Shown piece by piece: positions 50,270 through 59,135 of a stretch of 61,292 bases of DNA. Every line of letters starts with the position of its first letter. Position 1 is the first letter of the stretch. This DNA is from Candidatus Sulfotelmatobacter sp. Its GTDB lineage: Bacteria; Acidobacteriota; Terriglobia; Terriglobales; Acidobacteriaceae. The stretch is taken from assembly GCA_049509155.1 (NCBI GenBank), contig JBELAE010000001.1, forward strand, positions 1 to 61,292. The letters are read 5' to 3'. Made by a program: the position numbers and the translations under genes. Under the pieces are notes generated by a model, which was not told the origin of the DNA, made no database searches, and was given only the letters and a program-made list of their open reading frames with translations.

Positions 50270-51694
50270 TCAGACCTGTCCCGGAAAAACCTGTCTCGGA
50301 AAAACCTGGGCAGGTTTGAGCCGCGGGGCCAGCAGTTGTACGAAGCCGAACGCGACCAGATAAGCGAGGCCGGCCATCAGGAATACCGGCACATACGACT
50401 GAGTTCGTTGCAGAATGTAGCCCACCGCCTTGGCCACCAGCATTCCTCCGATCGCTCCCGCCATGGTGCCGAAGCCGACAACGGAAGCCACGGCGTTCTT
50501 GGGAAACATGTCGGAAGCCAGGGTGTAGATATTCGCCGACCAGCCTTGATGAGCTCCCGCAGCGATGGCGATCAACAATACCGCCAGCCACCCATCCTTG
50601 GTATGTGCCGCAAACATAATTGGCGTCACCGCCAGCGCGCACACCAGCAGCGCGGTCTTGCGGCTGGCGTTTACTGTCCATCCTCTCTTCAGCAGGGAAG
50701 ACGAAAGCCATCCTCCACCAATGCTCCCGACGCAGGCCCCGCTGTAGATGACAAACAGCGGCAGCGCCATCCCGGTCAAGCTCAACCCCAGATTGCGGCT
50801 CAGAAAATCCGGCATCCAGAACAGATACACCCACCAGATCGGGTCGGTAAAAAGCTTGCCCAGGGCCACGGCCCACGCCTGGCGCAGCGTAAGCAGAGTG
50901 CGCAACGGAATCGTCGCCCCATGACCCTCGCGATCGCTCTGAATGTGAGCCAGTTCTGCGGCCGAAACCCGATCGCCATCCTCCGGCCGGTGATACACCG
51001 TCAGCCAGCAAAGGATCCACACGAATCCCAGCGCTCCCGTGGCGATGAATGCCATGCGCCATCCATAGCGATGAGTAATCCAGGGCACCAGAAGCGGCGT
51101 CAGGAGCGCTCCAACGTTCGAACCGGAATTGAATAGTCCAGTTGCCAGCGCGCGCTCCCGCTTGGGAAACCACTCCGCCACTGCCTTCACGGATGCCGGA
51201 AAACTGCCGGCCTCACCGAGTCCCAGCCCAACGCGCGCTACCGCGAACTGCAGAATGGAGCCCGCAGCCGCATGCGCCATCGCGGCCACGCTCCACACCA
51301 ATACCGCCAGGGAAAATCCTTTGCGTGTCCCCAGCTTGTCGATCAGTTTCCCAATGAAGAGTAATCCCGCTCCGTAGGCGAACTGGAACGCGAGGACAAT
51401 ATTGCTGTAGCCGACTTCCGTCCAGGCGAACTGGATCTGCAAGGTCGGCTTGAGCAGCGCGATCACCTGCCGGTCCATGTAATTCACAGTGGTCGCAAAG
51501 AACAGCAAGCCGCAGATCAACCAGCGCCGGCGGCCAACGCCGCTCGCAAGCCCAGGCGGGACATTTTCCGGAACGGCTGGCATAGAGGGTAGGTTCACTG
51601 AATTGTTTCGAACGCCGATTTCAACGAGTCGACGACGTGCATCACTACACATCGCGCAAGGCCTATCCGTCAAGCCGGTGCTGGTATGATTCAT
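50270..51694 (-). CDS. MFS transporter, hexuronate (ExuT/ACS-family)-like. The start is uncertain.
   Basis: ORF 50270..51778 would overlap the uxaC start. ATGs at 51694 or further downstream are more plausible. Motifs: TVNYMDRQVIALLKP and GKLIDKLGTRKG, with about 12 hydrophobic spans. Confidence 0.75.
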   Translation of the reverse strand: MNHTSTGLTDRPCAMCSDARRRLVEIGVRNNSVNLPSMPAVPENVPPGLASGVGRRRWLICGLLFFATTVNYMDRQVIALLKPTLQIQFAWTEVGYSNIVLAFQFAYGAGLLFIGKLIDKLGTRKGFSLAVLVWSVAAMAHAAAGSILQFAVARVGLGLGEAGSFPASVKAVAEWFPKRERALATGLFNSGSNVGALLTPLLVPWITHRYGWRMAFIATGALGFVWILCWLTVYHRPEDGDRVSAAELAHIQSDREGHGATIPLRTLLTLRQAWAVALGKLFTDPIWWVYLFWMPDFLSRNLGLSLTGMALPLFVIYSGACVGSIGGGWLSSSLLKRGWTVNASRKTALLVCALAVTPIMFAAHTKDGWLAVLLIAIAAGAHQGWSANIYTLASDMFPKNAVASVVGFGTMAGAIGGMLVAKAVGYILQRTQSYVPVFLMAGLAYLVAFGFVQLLAPRLKPAQVFPRQVFPGQV

Positions 51695-51754
51695 GGCTGG
51701 AATCGCTGATTCGCTGCCGGAAGTCCAGGCGGCAGATCCCCTGCGAGCGCTCGA

Positions 51755-53206
51755 ATGAATGGTTTTCTCACCGAACATTTCCTTTTATCGAATGAACCGG
51801 CGCGGCGGCTCTATCATGACTTCGCCGCGTCGCAGCCCATCTTCGACTACCACTGTCATCTTTCTCCCCGCGACATCGCCGAAAATCGCCGCTTCTCGAA
51901 TCTCTTCGAAATCTGGCTGGAAGGTGACCACTACAAATGGCGGGCCATGCGGGCCAACGGCATTCCGGAGAAGTACATAACGGGCGATGCCTCGCCCTAC
52001 GAAAAATTTCTGGCCTGGGCACAAACCGTTCCCTACACCCTGCGCAATCCGCTCTACCACTGGACGCACCTCGAGCTGCAGCGCTACTTCGGCATTACCG
52101 AGTTGCTGGATGAGAAATCCGCGCCCTCCATCTGGGAACGCGCGAGCGCCCAACTGGCAGATGGTCTAACCGCCCAAGCCATTCTGCAGAAATTCCGCGT
52201 CGAAGTGGTATGCACTACCGACGATCCCACCGACGATCTCCGGCATCATCGCGCCCTCGCGAAATCAAGTCTGCCGACGCAGGTGTTTCCCGCCTTTCGT
52301 CCCGACAAAGCCCTCGCCGTCGATAGTCCTGATTTTGTCGCCTGGGTCGAAAAACTCGCCGAAGTGGCGAATGTCGAAATACGGGACCTTCCCAGCTTTC
52401 TCGAAGCCTTGCGCAAGCGCCACGATGATTTCCATTCCATGGGCTGCCGTCTTTCAGACCACGGATTGGACCATTGTTATGCGCTGCAATCTTCCGAGCA
52501 AACCATAGCTACGATGTTCTCGAAAGTGCGAGGGGGGAAACCCGGTTCTAAAGGCGACCGGATCGTGTGGACTGCTTTCCTGATGCTGTTCTTTGCCAGA
52601 CTCGACGCGGAGAAGGGGTGGACCAAGCAACTGCATCTGGGAGCGCGGCGCAATGTGAACCACCGGGCCTACCTGACACTCGGCGCCGACACTGGATTTG
52701 ACACCGTCGGCGACTTTCCACAAATCAATGCACTCGCAAAGTATCTCGATCTGCTCACCCAGGAAAACTGCCTCCCGCAAATGATCCTCTACAACCTGAA
52801 CCCGGCCGACAACTTCCAGTTCGCGACCATCGCCGGATGTTTTCAGGGTCGTGACCAAGAAAGTAGTGATCAACAAAGCGAAGCCCGGCCGAGCAAAATC
52901 CAATACGGCAGCGCCTGGTGGTTTCTCGATCAGAAACAGGGCATCACCGCGCAACTCGACGCTCTCTCAAATGCGGGTCTGCTCTCGCGTTTCGTCGGCA
53001 TGGTCACCGACTCTCGCTCTTTCATGTCCTATCCCCGCCACGAGTATTTCCGCCGCATCCTATGCGACCTCATCGGACAGGACGTCGCCCGCGGTGAATT
53101 GCCCAATGACGATGCGCTCCTGGGGCGGCTTGTCCGTGATGTTTGCTACGGGAATGCCAGGCAATACCTGCAGTTACCGGCCCGCCAGAGAAGTCCGCAC
53201 GGTTAA
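51755..53206 (+). CDS. uxaC: Glucuronate isomerase (uronate isomerase)
   Basis: FLTEHFLLSNEPARRLYH, IFDYHCHLSPRDIAEN, WLEGDHYKWRAMRANG and NPLYHWTHLELQRYFGI. Confidence 0.9.
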   Translation: MNGFLTEHFLLSNEPARRLYHDFAASQPIFDYHCHLSPRDIAENRRFSNLFEIWLEGDHYKWRAMRANGIPEKYITGDASPYEKFLAWAQTVPYTLRNPLYHWTHLELQRYFGITELLDEKSAPSIWERASAQLADGLTAQAILQKFRVEVVCTTDDPTDDLRHHRALAKSSLPTQVFPAFRPDKALAVDSPDFVAWVEKLAEVANVEIRDLPSFLEALRKRHDDFHSMGCRLSDHGLDHCYALQSSEQTIATMFSKVRGGKPGSKGDRIVWTAFLMLFFARLDAEKGWTKQLHLGARRNVNHRAYLTLGADTGFDTVGDFPQINALAKYLDLLTQENCLPQMILYNLNPADNFQFATIAGCFQGRDQESSDQQSEARPSKIQYGSAWWFLDQKQGITAQLDALSNAGLLSRFVGMVTDSRSFMSYPRHEYFRRILCDLIGQDVARGELPNDDALLGRLVRDVCYGNARQYLQLPARQRSPHG

Positions 53207-53305
53207 GTACGTCTACCCATCCTATTCGTTTTCAATAGTTTGCAGGGGTTGTTACGGAGATTTGAGCCGTCCCGGAAGGTCGGGCAACTCGCCCTCGTCT
53301 TCTCG

Positions 53306-53323
53306 CAACTAACAAATTAGTTG
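53306..53323. promoter_or_regulatory. Palindrome CAACTAA-CAAA-TTAGTTG, candidate BlaI-family operator overlapping a TTGACC -35-like hexamer
   Basis: Read directly. The 7-bp arms are perfectly complementary. It lies 48-65 nt upstream of the blaI-like TTG start. A near-identical copy lies at 55228-55244. Confidence 0.6.
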
Positions 53324-53370
53324 ACCTTTTGATCGCAGAGACGTCTTACTACTGAAGCGAGGAGAAACCG

Positions 53371-53754
53371 TTGGCCCGCAGCAAGTCCGCAACCCTGACC
53401 GAAGCCGAGTTGCGCATCATGAACGTGCTCTGGGAGCGCAGCTCGGCCACCGTACACGAGGTGCTCGAGGCGCTGCCCGCCAAGCCCGCGCTGGCCTACA
53501 ACTCCATCCTGACCATCATTCGCATTCTGGAGAAAAAGGGTTACGTGAAGCACGTCAAGGAAAAAGACACGCGGGCTCACGTTTATATTCCGCAAGTCGG
53601 ACGCATTGATGCTACGCGCTTCGAGGTGCGGCATCTGGTCAGCCGATTTTTCGGCAACTCGCATGAACAGCTGGTGTTGAACGCTCTGGAAGAGACCAGC
53701 ATCGACGCGGAAGAACTGGATCGCCTGCGCCGTTTGCTCGAAAGGAGCAAGTGA
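53371..53754 (+). CDS. BlaI/MecI/CopY-family transcriptional repressor
   Basis: The TTG start lies 6 nt after GGAG. The winged-helix part reads LTEAELRIMNVLWERSSATVHEVLEAL....LAYNSILTIIRILEKKGYV. It is followed immediately by a BlaR1-like gene. Confidence 0.85.
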   Translation: MARSKSATLTEAELRIMNVLWERSSATVHEVLEALPAKPALAYNSILTIIRILEKKGYVKHVKEKDTRAHVYIPQVGRIDATRFEVRHLVSRFFGNSHEQLVLNALEETSIDAEELDRLRRLLERSK

Positions 53755-53761
53755 TCCAACG

Positions 53762-55171
53762 ATGATGTTCGAGCCCAACGCGATCGCCCAAATGTCAGCG
53801 CTTCGCATCGTGGACTGCCTGCTCGGCGGCACACTCATCGCGATCTTTGCCGGCGCCGTCGTCAGGATGCCACGTTTGCGGAATTCGAGCGCCAGGTTCG
53901 CAATATGGTTCTCTACCTTGATGGCGATTGCGGCCTTGCCCGCGTTGTCAGGGGCACCATGGTGGCAAGGAAGCGGCATTGCGACCCAGACTCTGAGCCG
54001 GCCGGCGATCACACTGCCCGGTTCCTGGGCTCTCTATGTGTTCGGAGCGTGGGCAGCGATCGCCGGTTGGTTCTTGTTCGGCGTGGGCCGAGGATTGTGG
54101 CATTTGCACGTTCTGCGCAAGAGTTGCGTCCCGGTCGATCCAGCAATCTTAGACGCCCACCTGCAACGAACTCTGGCGCGCAACAGTTCAGCGAGGTCGG
54201 TGGCGCTGTGTACCTCAGACCACGTCCATGTCCCGACGGCCATCGGACTGATCAACCCAGCAGTGGTTATCCCCAGTTGGGTGATGCAGGAACTCTCTGC
54301 CGACGAACTGAACCAGATTCTTCTCCACGAACTGGCTCATCTGCGCCGTTATGACGACTGGACGAACCTGGCTCAAAAGCTAGTCAAGGCGTTGTTCTTC
54401 TTCCATCCCGCAGTGTGGTGGATCGAGAGGCAAGTGTCGCTCGAACGCGAAATAGCCTGCGATGATGCCGTGCTGGCAGAAACCGCTAGTCCCCGGGCCT
54501 ACGCCGAATGCCTGGCTCACCTCGCCGAAAAAACGCTTCTTCAGCGAAATCTAGGTCAGCGAAGTCTGGTCGAGCGCAGCGTAGCTCTGGCGCAAGCCGC
54601 GCTCGGACGAATTCGCCAGACCTCGCTCCGCGTGGCGCAGATTCTTGACACGAACCGGCCCACTGGCAGGGCTCGAAGCTGGAAGCCCGCTGTGTCACTG
54701 GTGGCAGCGTTCGCCATCGCATGCGTCTTATGTATTTCGCGAGCGCCGAGACTGATCGCGTTTCATGACAGCGACGCAAACCGCCCGGCCAGTTCGGTCG
54801 TCGCAACCGTTTCGCCCAGCGTCGCAAGCGCAACGCCGGATGCTTCATTTGTCCCGCGTCCTGTGCTGGCGAAGTGGGTCCCCACGCCTGCGAAGGCGAT
54901 TACGCTCACAGCCCACCGCAAGCCTGTAACTTCACAAAAAACCGCTGTGTTGAAGTCGACGACCCCGGAACCTAGCGCCGCCAGCATGGTTCAGTTGACG
55001 AGCGCGAACATGGTACCGCCCGCCTTCACCGAGACACTGTGGGTAGTTTTTGAAAGCAGTCCCGATGGCTCATCCGACCAGCCCGTATATCAGATCCAAC
55101 TGTGGCGCGTTGTGGTTTTCCATCCCATGGTCGATCCCAACAGCAACCGACTTCCACCGAAACAGACTTAA
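53762..55171 (+). CDS. BlaR1/MecR1-like M56 family membrane metalloprotease (signal transducer) without a recognisable penicillin-binding sensor domain
   Basis: N-terminal TM segments, the HExxH motif LLHELAHLRRYDDW and FFHPAVWW. The C-terminal 180 aa or so are Ser/Pro/Ala-rich with no SxxK-type motif seen. Confidence 0.8.
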   Translation: MMFEPNAIAQMSALRIVDCLLGGTLIAIFAGAVVRMPRLRNSSARFAIWFSTLMAIAALPALSGAPWWQGSGIATQTLSRPAITLPGSWALYVFGAWAAIAGWFLFGVGRGLWHLHVLRKSCVPVDPAILDAHLQRTLARNSSARSVALCTSDHVHVPTAIGLINPAVVIPSWVMQELSADELNQILLHELAHLRRYDDWTNLAQKLVKALFFFHPAVWWIERQVSLEREIACDDAVLAETASPRAYAECLAHLAEKTLLQRNLGQRSLVERSVALAQAALGRIRQTSLRVAQILDTNRPTGRARSWKPAVSLVAAFAIACVLCISRAPRLIAFHDSDANRPASSVVATVSPSVASATPDASFVPRPVLAKWVPTPAKAITLTAHRKPVTSQKTAVLKSTTPEPSAASMVQLTSANMVPPAFTETLWVVFESSPDGSSDQPVYQIQLWRVVVFHPMVDPNSNRLPPKQT

Positions 55172-55227
55172 TCATGCATGGGTAGTCATGAAAGGCAGTA
55201 GTCAAAACGCGGAAGTTCAATCTTAAA

Positions 55228-55244
55228 AACTAACGAATTAGTTG
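55228..55244. promoter_or_regulatory. Palindrome AACTAA-CGAA-TTAGTT(G), the second copy of the candidate BlaI-family operator, overlapping TTGTAA
   Basis: Read directly. It matches 53307-53323 at 16 of 17 positions. It lies 29-45 nt upstream of the first ATG of the HtrA ORF. Confidence 0.6.
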
Positions 55245-55272
55245 TAAAAACTCTCGAAAGGATGTAACTCAT

Positions 55273-56844
55273 ATGAATGCAGGAATGCAGTTGCAAGACA
55301 GTAATAAGCAAGACGGAAAGAAAATCTGGATGCGGCGACTCGCAGCGCCCATGCTCGCATTGGCGCTGGTCGCTTCGTTCGCAACCTATGAATGTGTGAA
55401 GCCCGCCGCGGCCAAGGCGGCCAACGCCGCACCTTCTGCAGCCACCGCGCCTCTCGACGTCGACAGCGTCGGCGCCCTCCTAGCCCTCGATAAGGCGATG
55501 GAAACGCTCGCGGCCCGCGTCACTCCCGCAGTCGTCAACGTCACCGTAACCTCGCGCACCAAGCCAGAGATGGCTGGCCACCAAGTGCCCGAAGACATGC
55601 AACAATTCTTCGGACAGGGCGGCCCGTTCGGCCAGTTCTTTGGACCGCGCATGCAGCAGCGCCAGCCTCAGATCGAGCACGGCATGGGCAGTGGCGTCGT
55701 GATTTCTCCTGACGGCTACATCGTCACCAACAACCACGTGGTCGATGGAGCCGTCGACATCCGCGTTACCACCAGCAATCGCCGCGTACTAAAAGCGAAA
55801 CTCATCGGAACCGACCCTCTGACCGACCTAGCGGTCCTCAAGGTCGATGCCACCGGCCTGGCCAGCGCTCCCTGGGGAGACTCAAAAGAAGTCCGCCCCG
55901 GCCAAACCGTGCTGGCCTTCGGCAATCCCTACGGATTCCAATTCACAGTAACCCGCGGAATCGTGAGTGCCGTGAATCGCGCGAATCCTGATTCCTCCGA
56001 TCGCAGCAAACCCGGCGAGTTCATCCAGACCGACGCAGCGATCAATCCGGGCAATTCCGGCGGACCGCTGGTCGATGCCCGCGGCGAAGTTGTCGGCATC
56101 AACACCTTCCTGATCTCGCCGTCTGGAACTTTCTCCGGCATGGGCTTCGCAATTCCAACGCAGATCGTCAGGCCGACGGTCGAGACGCTGATCCGCGACG
56201 GCAAAGTCAGCCACGGCCACATCGGCATCGGCATTGCCGACGTGACTCCCGAAAACGCGAAGTTCTTCGACGAGTCCACCGCGACCGGCGGCGTAGTCAC
56301 GCAGGTTGAACCAGACTCCCCCGGTGCCAAAGCCGGCCTCGAGATCGGCGATGTCATCACCGAAATCGATGGCCAGAAAGTCAGCGACGCCGGCGAACTC
56401 CAGGTGCTGGTCGGACAGAAGCAGCCCGGCTCGAAAATCATGCTGAAGGTGTTGCGCGAAGGCAAGAGCATGACGATTCCGGTCACCCTCGAGGAACTGG
56501 GCAGCCGTTCGTCTGAAGGCAGGGAAGATTCCGGCAGCGGCGAGGGCAAAATGCACTGGGGCATCGGCCTCAGCAACTTGACGCCTGAACTGCGCGATCA
56601 GCTTCAGCTTTCCGGCAACATCCATGGAGCCGTGATCGAGCAGGTGCAGCCGGGCAGCTCCGCCGACAATGCCGGTCTGCAGCGGGGAGACATTATCCTC
56701 GAAGTGAACCGCCACAAAGTGCAGTCGGCGGCAGATGTGCAGCAAGCCCTGTCGAATGTTCCCAAGGGCGAAGATGCACTGTTGCTCGTCTATTCAAACG
56801 GCGGAAATTCCTTCCGCGTGTTGCACGCGCCCGAAGGCGCCTGA
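55273..56844 (+). CDS. htrA: HtrA/DegP-family periplasmic serine protease with two PDZ domains (start may be the ATG near 55330)
   Basis: Trypsin-like core (IVTNNHVVDGA, DLAVLKV, TDAAINPGNSGGPLVD) and two PDZ-like regions (GVVTQVEPDSPGAKAGLEIGDVITEIDG; GAVIEQVQPGSSADNAGLQRGDIILEVN). Confidence 0.9.
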   Translation: MNAGMQLQDSNKQDGKKIWMRRLAAPMLALALVASFATYECVKPAAAKAANAAPSAATAPLDVDSVGALLALDKAMETLAARVTPAVVNVTVTSRTKPEMAGHQVPEDMQQFFGQGGPFGQFFGPRMQQRQPQIEHGMGSGVVISPDGYIVTNNHVVDGAVDIRVTTSNRRVLKAKLIGTDPLTDLAVLKVDATGLASAPWGDSKEVRPGQTVLAFGNPYGFQFTVTRGIVSAVNRANPDSSDRSKPGEFIQTDAAINPGNSGGPLVDARGEVVGINTFLISPSGTFSGMGFAIPTQIVRPTVETLIRDGKVSHGHIGIGIADVTPENAKFFDESTATGGVVTQVEPDSPGAKAGLEIGDVITEIDGQKVSDAGELQVLVGQKQPGSKIMLKVLREGKSMTIPVTLEELGSRSSEGREDSGSGEGKMHWGIGLSNLTPELRDQLQLSGNIHGAVIEQVQPGSSADNAGLQRGDIILEVNRHKVQSAADVQQALSNVPKGEDALLLVYSNGGNSFRVLHAPEGA

Positions 56845-56851
56845 TCGAATC

Positions 56852-56891
56852 ATGCCGCACTCCCTTCAAGTCAGCGAAGGGAGTGCGGCAT
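56852..56891. terminator. Perfect 16-bp-stem hairpin between convergent genes (candidate bidirectional terminator)
   Basis: ATGCCGCACTCCCTTC - AAGTCAGC - GAAGGGAGTGCGGCAT, read directly. It starts 8 nt after the htrA stop. Only a weak T-tract (AATTTG) follows. Confidence 0.6.
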
Positions 56892-57022
56892 CGAATTTGC
56901 GAGCATCATTCCTGCAGACGCGCTGTACACGGCGCCGACCTTCACTCCGAAGCTGTCATCCCGACCGGAGCCGGAGCGCCAACGACGGCGAAGTGGAGGG
57001 ACCTGCTGTTTCCTCGCGGTAC

Positions 57023-58423
57023 TCAATGCTGTTGAGCACTTCCAGCCGCCGGCGCTGTTAGATACCGTCCCGCGAACGCCAGAAACGTAGGCCAATTCGG
57101 TGCCGGTGTATGCCCCGCGCTATGCTGACGGAACCCAATCTCTCCATCGATCAGCGCCGTCTCGATCGGAGGAAACTCGCTGGTTCCCAGATCCTTCCTC
57201 CCCAGCAGCTTGTACACCGGACCCGCGCCTACCGCGGCCAGAAACATGCCCTTTGCATCCACCCACCCATCCCCGTTGGTTGCTCCCGCGCCAAGAAACA
57301 CCGGACGCGGCGCACACAGCGCAATCAACTCGTGCGCATCCGCGGGCAAATCATTTTCCGTCAGCGGTCCCGCATACTTCATAAAGTTGCCCGCCATCCA
57401 GTGATACTCACCGGTCCCGGCGACGTTGCCAATCTGTTCGCCAAAGTTACGCCGATAGAGCTTGGCCCCTCCCTCGCCGGACGAACTGATGTACCCGATC
57501 GCGAAGCGCGAATCATAAGCCATCGCCACCAGCGCGGCCTTGCCGTAGCGCGAGTGGCCCTCCACTCCGACCTGCTTCGCGTCCACCGATTTGTCGGTCT
57601 CAAAATAATCGAGCGCGCGGCTCGCTCCCCAAGCCCACGCTCGCAGCGCGCCCCAATCATCCACGGTGCGAGGCTGACCTTTATTGACGAGACCAAGTAT
57701 CCCCTGTGTCAGCGCTCCTCCCTTGTCCGCCTGCACGCTCGTCGGGATGTAAACGGCAAAGCCCCAACCCTTAGCCAGCACCTGCTGCTGCCAGGTCGGT
57801 CCGGAGTTCGCTGTAAATATCTCCGGAAAGCGCTTGGCCAGTGCCGCCAGTACTTCGGGACTCAGGCCGAATTCCATAATCACCGGCACCGGCCCGCTCG
57901 CCTGGGCCGGGGTGGTCAAGGTCAGGTCGATGTCGACAGTCACGAGCGGATAGGCCGAGTGGTCGACGTGTCCGATTAATTTCTTGGTAATGACCGGAAC
58001 GTCGCCGTTCAGTTCCTTCGTTGTACTTACAACCTCCCAGTTCACCTTCGGCGTCTTCGTTGGTGCGCGACCGTAGACTTCGCGGTCGAAATCCTCCACG
58101 ATCTCCGGACGCCGCTTTTTCCACCACATCTTCGCCGTCGTGACTTTCTTGCCGTTCTTCAACACCAGCGGGTCAGGAAGCTTCGGGGAGGGATTTGCCT
58201 TGGACTCATCATAATTCGCGGCGTAAGGCGATTTCGCGTCGCCATCCGCCCCTCGCCGCAACGAGGTGATGTGCAGCAAGTCCATCATGCGTTGATGGTC
58301 CTGCTCGGAGGTGAGCTGAACCGGCTGAGGAGGGCCTGGTGCCGAGGCTTGTGAAAACAGGTTTAATGGCAAGACAACAGGCGCAAATAGGATGAAGACA
58401 AGCAACATCGATCGCGCTTTCAA
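57023..58423 (-). CDS. Carbohydrate esterase family 15 glucuronoyl esterase, secreted
   Basis: Signal peptide MKARSMLLVFILFAPVVLPLNLFSQA. The CE15-type serine motif is VEGHSRYGKAALV (G-x-S-R-x-G). Also RAWAWGASRALDY and a C-terminal ...QHSAGHT region. Confidence 0.7.
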   Translation of the reverse strand: MKARSMLLVFILFAPVVLPLNLFSQASAPGPPQPVQLTSEQDHQRMMDLLHITSLRRGADGDAKSPYAANYDESKANPSPKLPDPLVLKNGKKVTTAKMWWKKRRPEIVEDFDREVYGRAPTKTPKVNWEVVSTTKELNGDVPVITKKLIGHVDHSAYPLVTVDIDLTLTTPAQASGPVPVIMEFGLSPEVLAALAKRFPEIFTANSGPTWQQQVLAKGWGFAVYIPTSVQADKGGALTQGILGLVNKGQPRTVDDWGALRAWAWGASRALDYFETDKSVDAKQVGVEGHSRYGKAALVAMAYDSRFAIGYISSSGEGGAKLYRRNFGEQIGNVAGTGEYHWMAGNFMKYAGPLTENDLPADAHELIALCAPRPVFLGAGATNGDGWVDAKGMFLAAVGAGPVYKLLGRKDLGTSEFPPIETALIDGEIGFRQHSAGHTPAPNWPTFLAFAGRYLTAPAAGSAQQH

Positions 58424-58456
58424 GTGAACTCCTGATCCGTCAAGTCTGTCTCTCGG

Positions 58457-59131
58457 CTATTTTTCTTCAATCTGCACGTTCGAGAATATTGCCGTTTCCA
58501 AAGTAGTGGCCACGTGCGAGCAGACTCCGATCCCCACATACACAGGATCTTGCAGACCTACATATTCGACGGGACCAACCATCTTCAATTCCTGGTTCGG
58601 CTTTCCCGCATACATCGTAAACCGGCTTCCTTTTCTCTCGATCCGCAAACGCACCGGTCCCTCAACCTGTGTGATGACTTGATACGACTGTTCGTTGGCC
58701 GCGCCTCGAAACTGCAACGAGGTAAGTCCATTGCCATGCGATACGGCGTCCGCGTACGCCGATCCCGGATCGAGACTTTGCCGGATCATAAGCATCGCCT
58801 TGCGATGCTCCGCACTGCTTGTGCCCACCCATTGCACGTCAGCAGTAAGAGTTATATCCCCGGAGGCCTTCTTCCACACGAAGTAGAAAGCGTCGGCAGT
58901 GCCCCAAACGTTGGCGCCGCCCCCGGTAATTCGATACTCGCCTTTCGCCGCATCGTAGTGCGCAGCGCTTCCCGGCGGTGTCTGGCCAACGCTTCCCTGA
59001 TCTGTAAATATTCCCAGATCGCTTTTCTGCGCAAGGCCAGCGCCCGCGCACATGATTAATGTCGCGACAGAAAATACTATCCCCATCCCCAGACTTCGGG
59101 ATGTCCCGAAGCCTGCGCGTCTCATATCCAT
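58457..59131 (-). CDS. Secreted concanavalin-A-like lectin/glucanase-fold protein (DUF1349-like)
   Basis: Signal-like N-terminus, then ITGGGANVWGTADAFYFVWKKASGDITLTADV...RKAMLMIRQSLDPGSAY...RLRIERKGSRFTMY, which resembles the DUF1349 pattern. Confidence 0.5.
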   Translation of the reverse strand: MDMRRAGFGTSRSLGMGIVFSVATLIMCAGAGLAQKSDLGIFTDQGSVGQTPPGSAAHYDAAKGEYRITGGGANVWGTADAFYFVWKKASGDITLTADVQWVGTSSAEHRKAMLMIRQSLDPGSAYADAVSHGNGLTSLQFRGAANEQSYQVITQVEGPVRLRIERKGSRFTMYAGKPNQELKMVGPVEYVGLQDPVYVGIGVCSHVATTLETAIFSNVQIEEK

Positions 59132-59135
59132 ATTT

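Noticed and set aside
50241-51173. 310-aa minus-strand ORF in an alternative frame of the MFS transporter gene
   Set aside because: It has a Gly/Arg-rich composition. The overlapping frame gives a 12-TM MFS protein with ExuT-like motifs.
53317-54012. 231-aa minus-strand ORF antisense to blaI/blaR1, and 55882..56745 (287 aa) antisense to htrA
   Set aside because: Both are antisense to genes with clear family motifs and have no motifs of their own.
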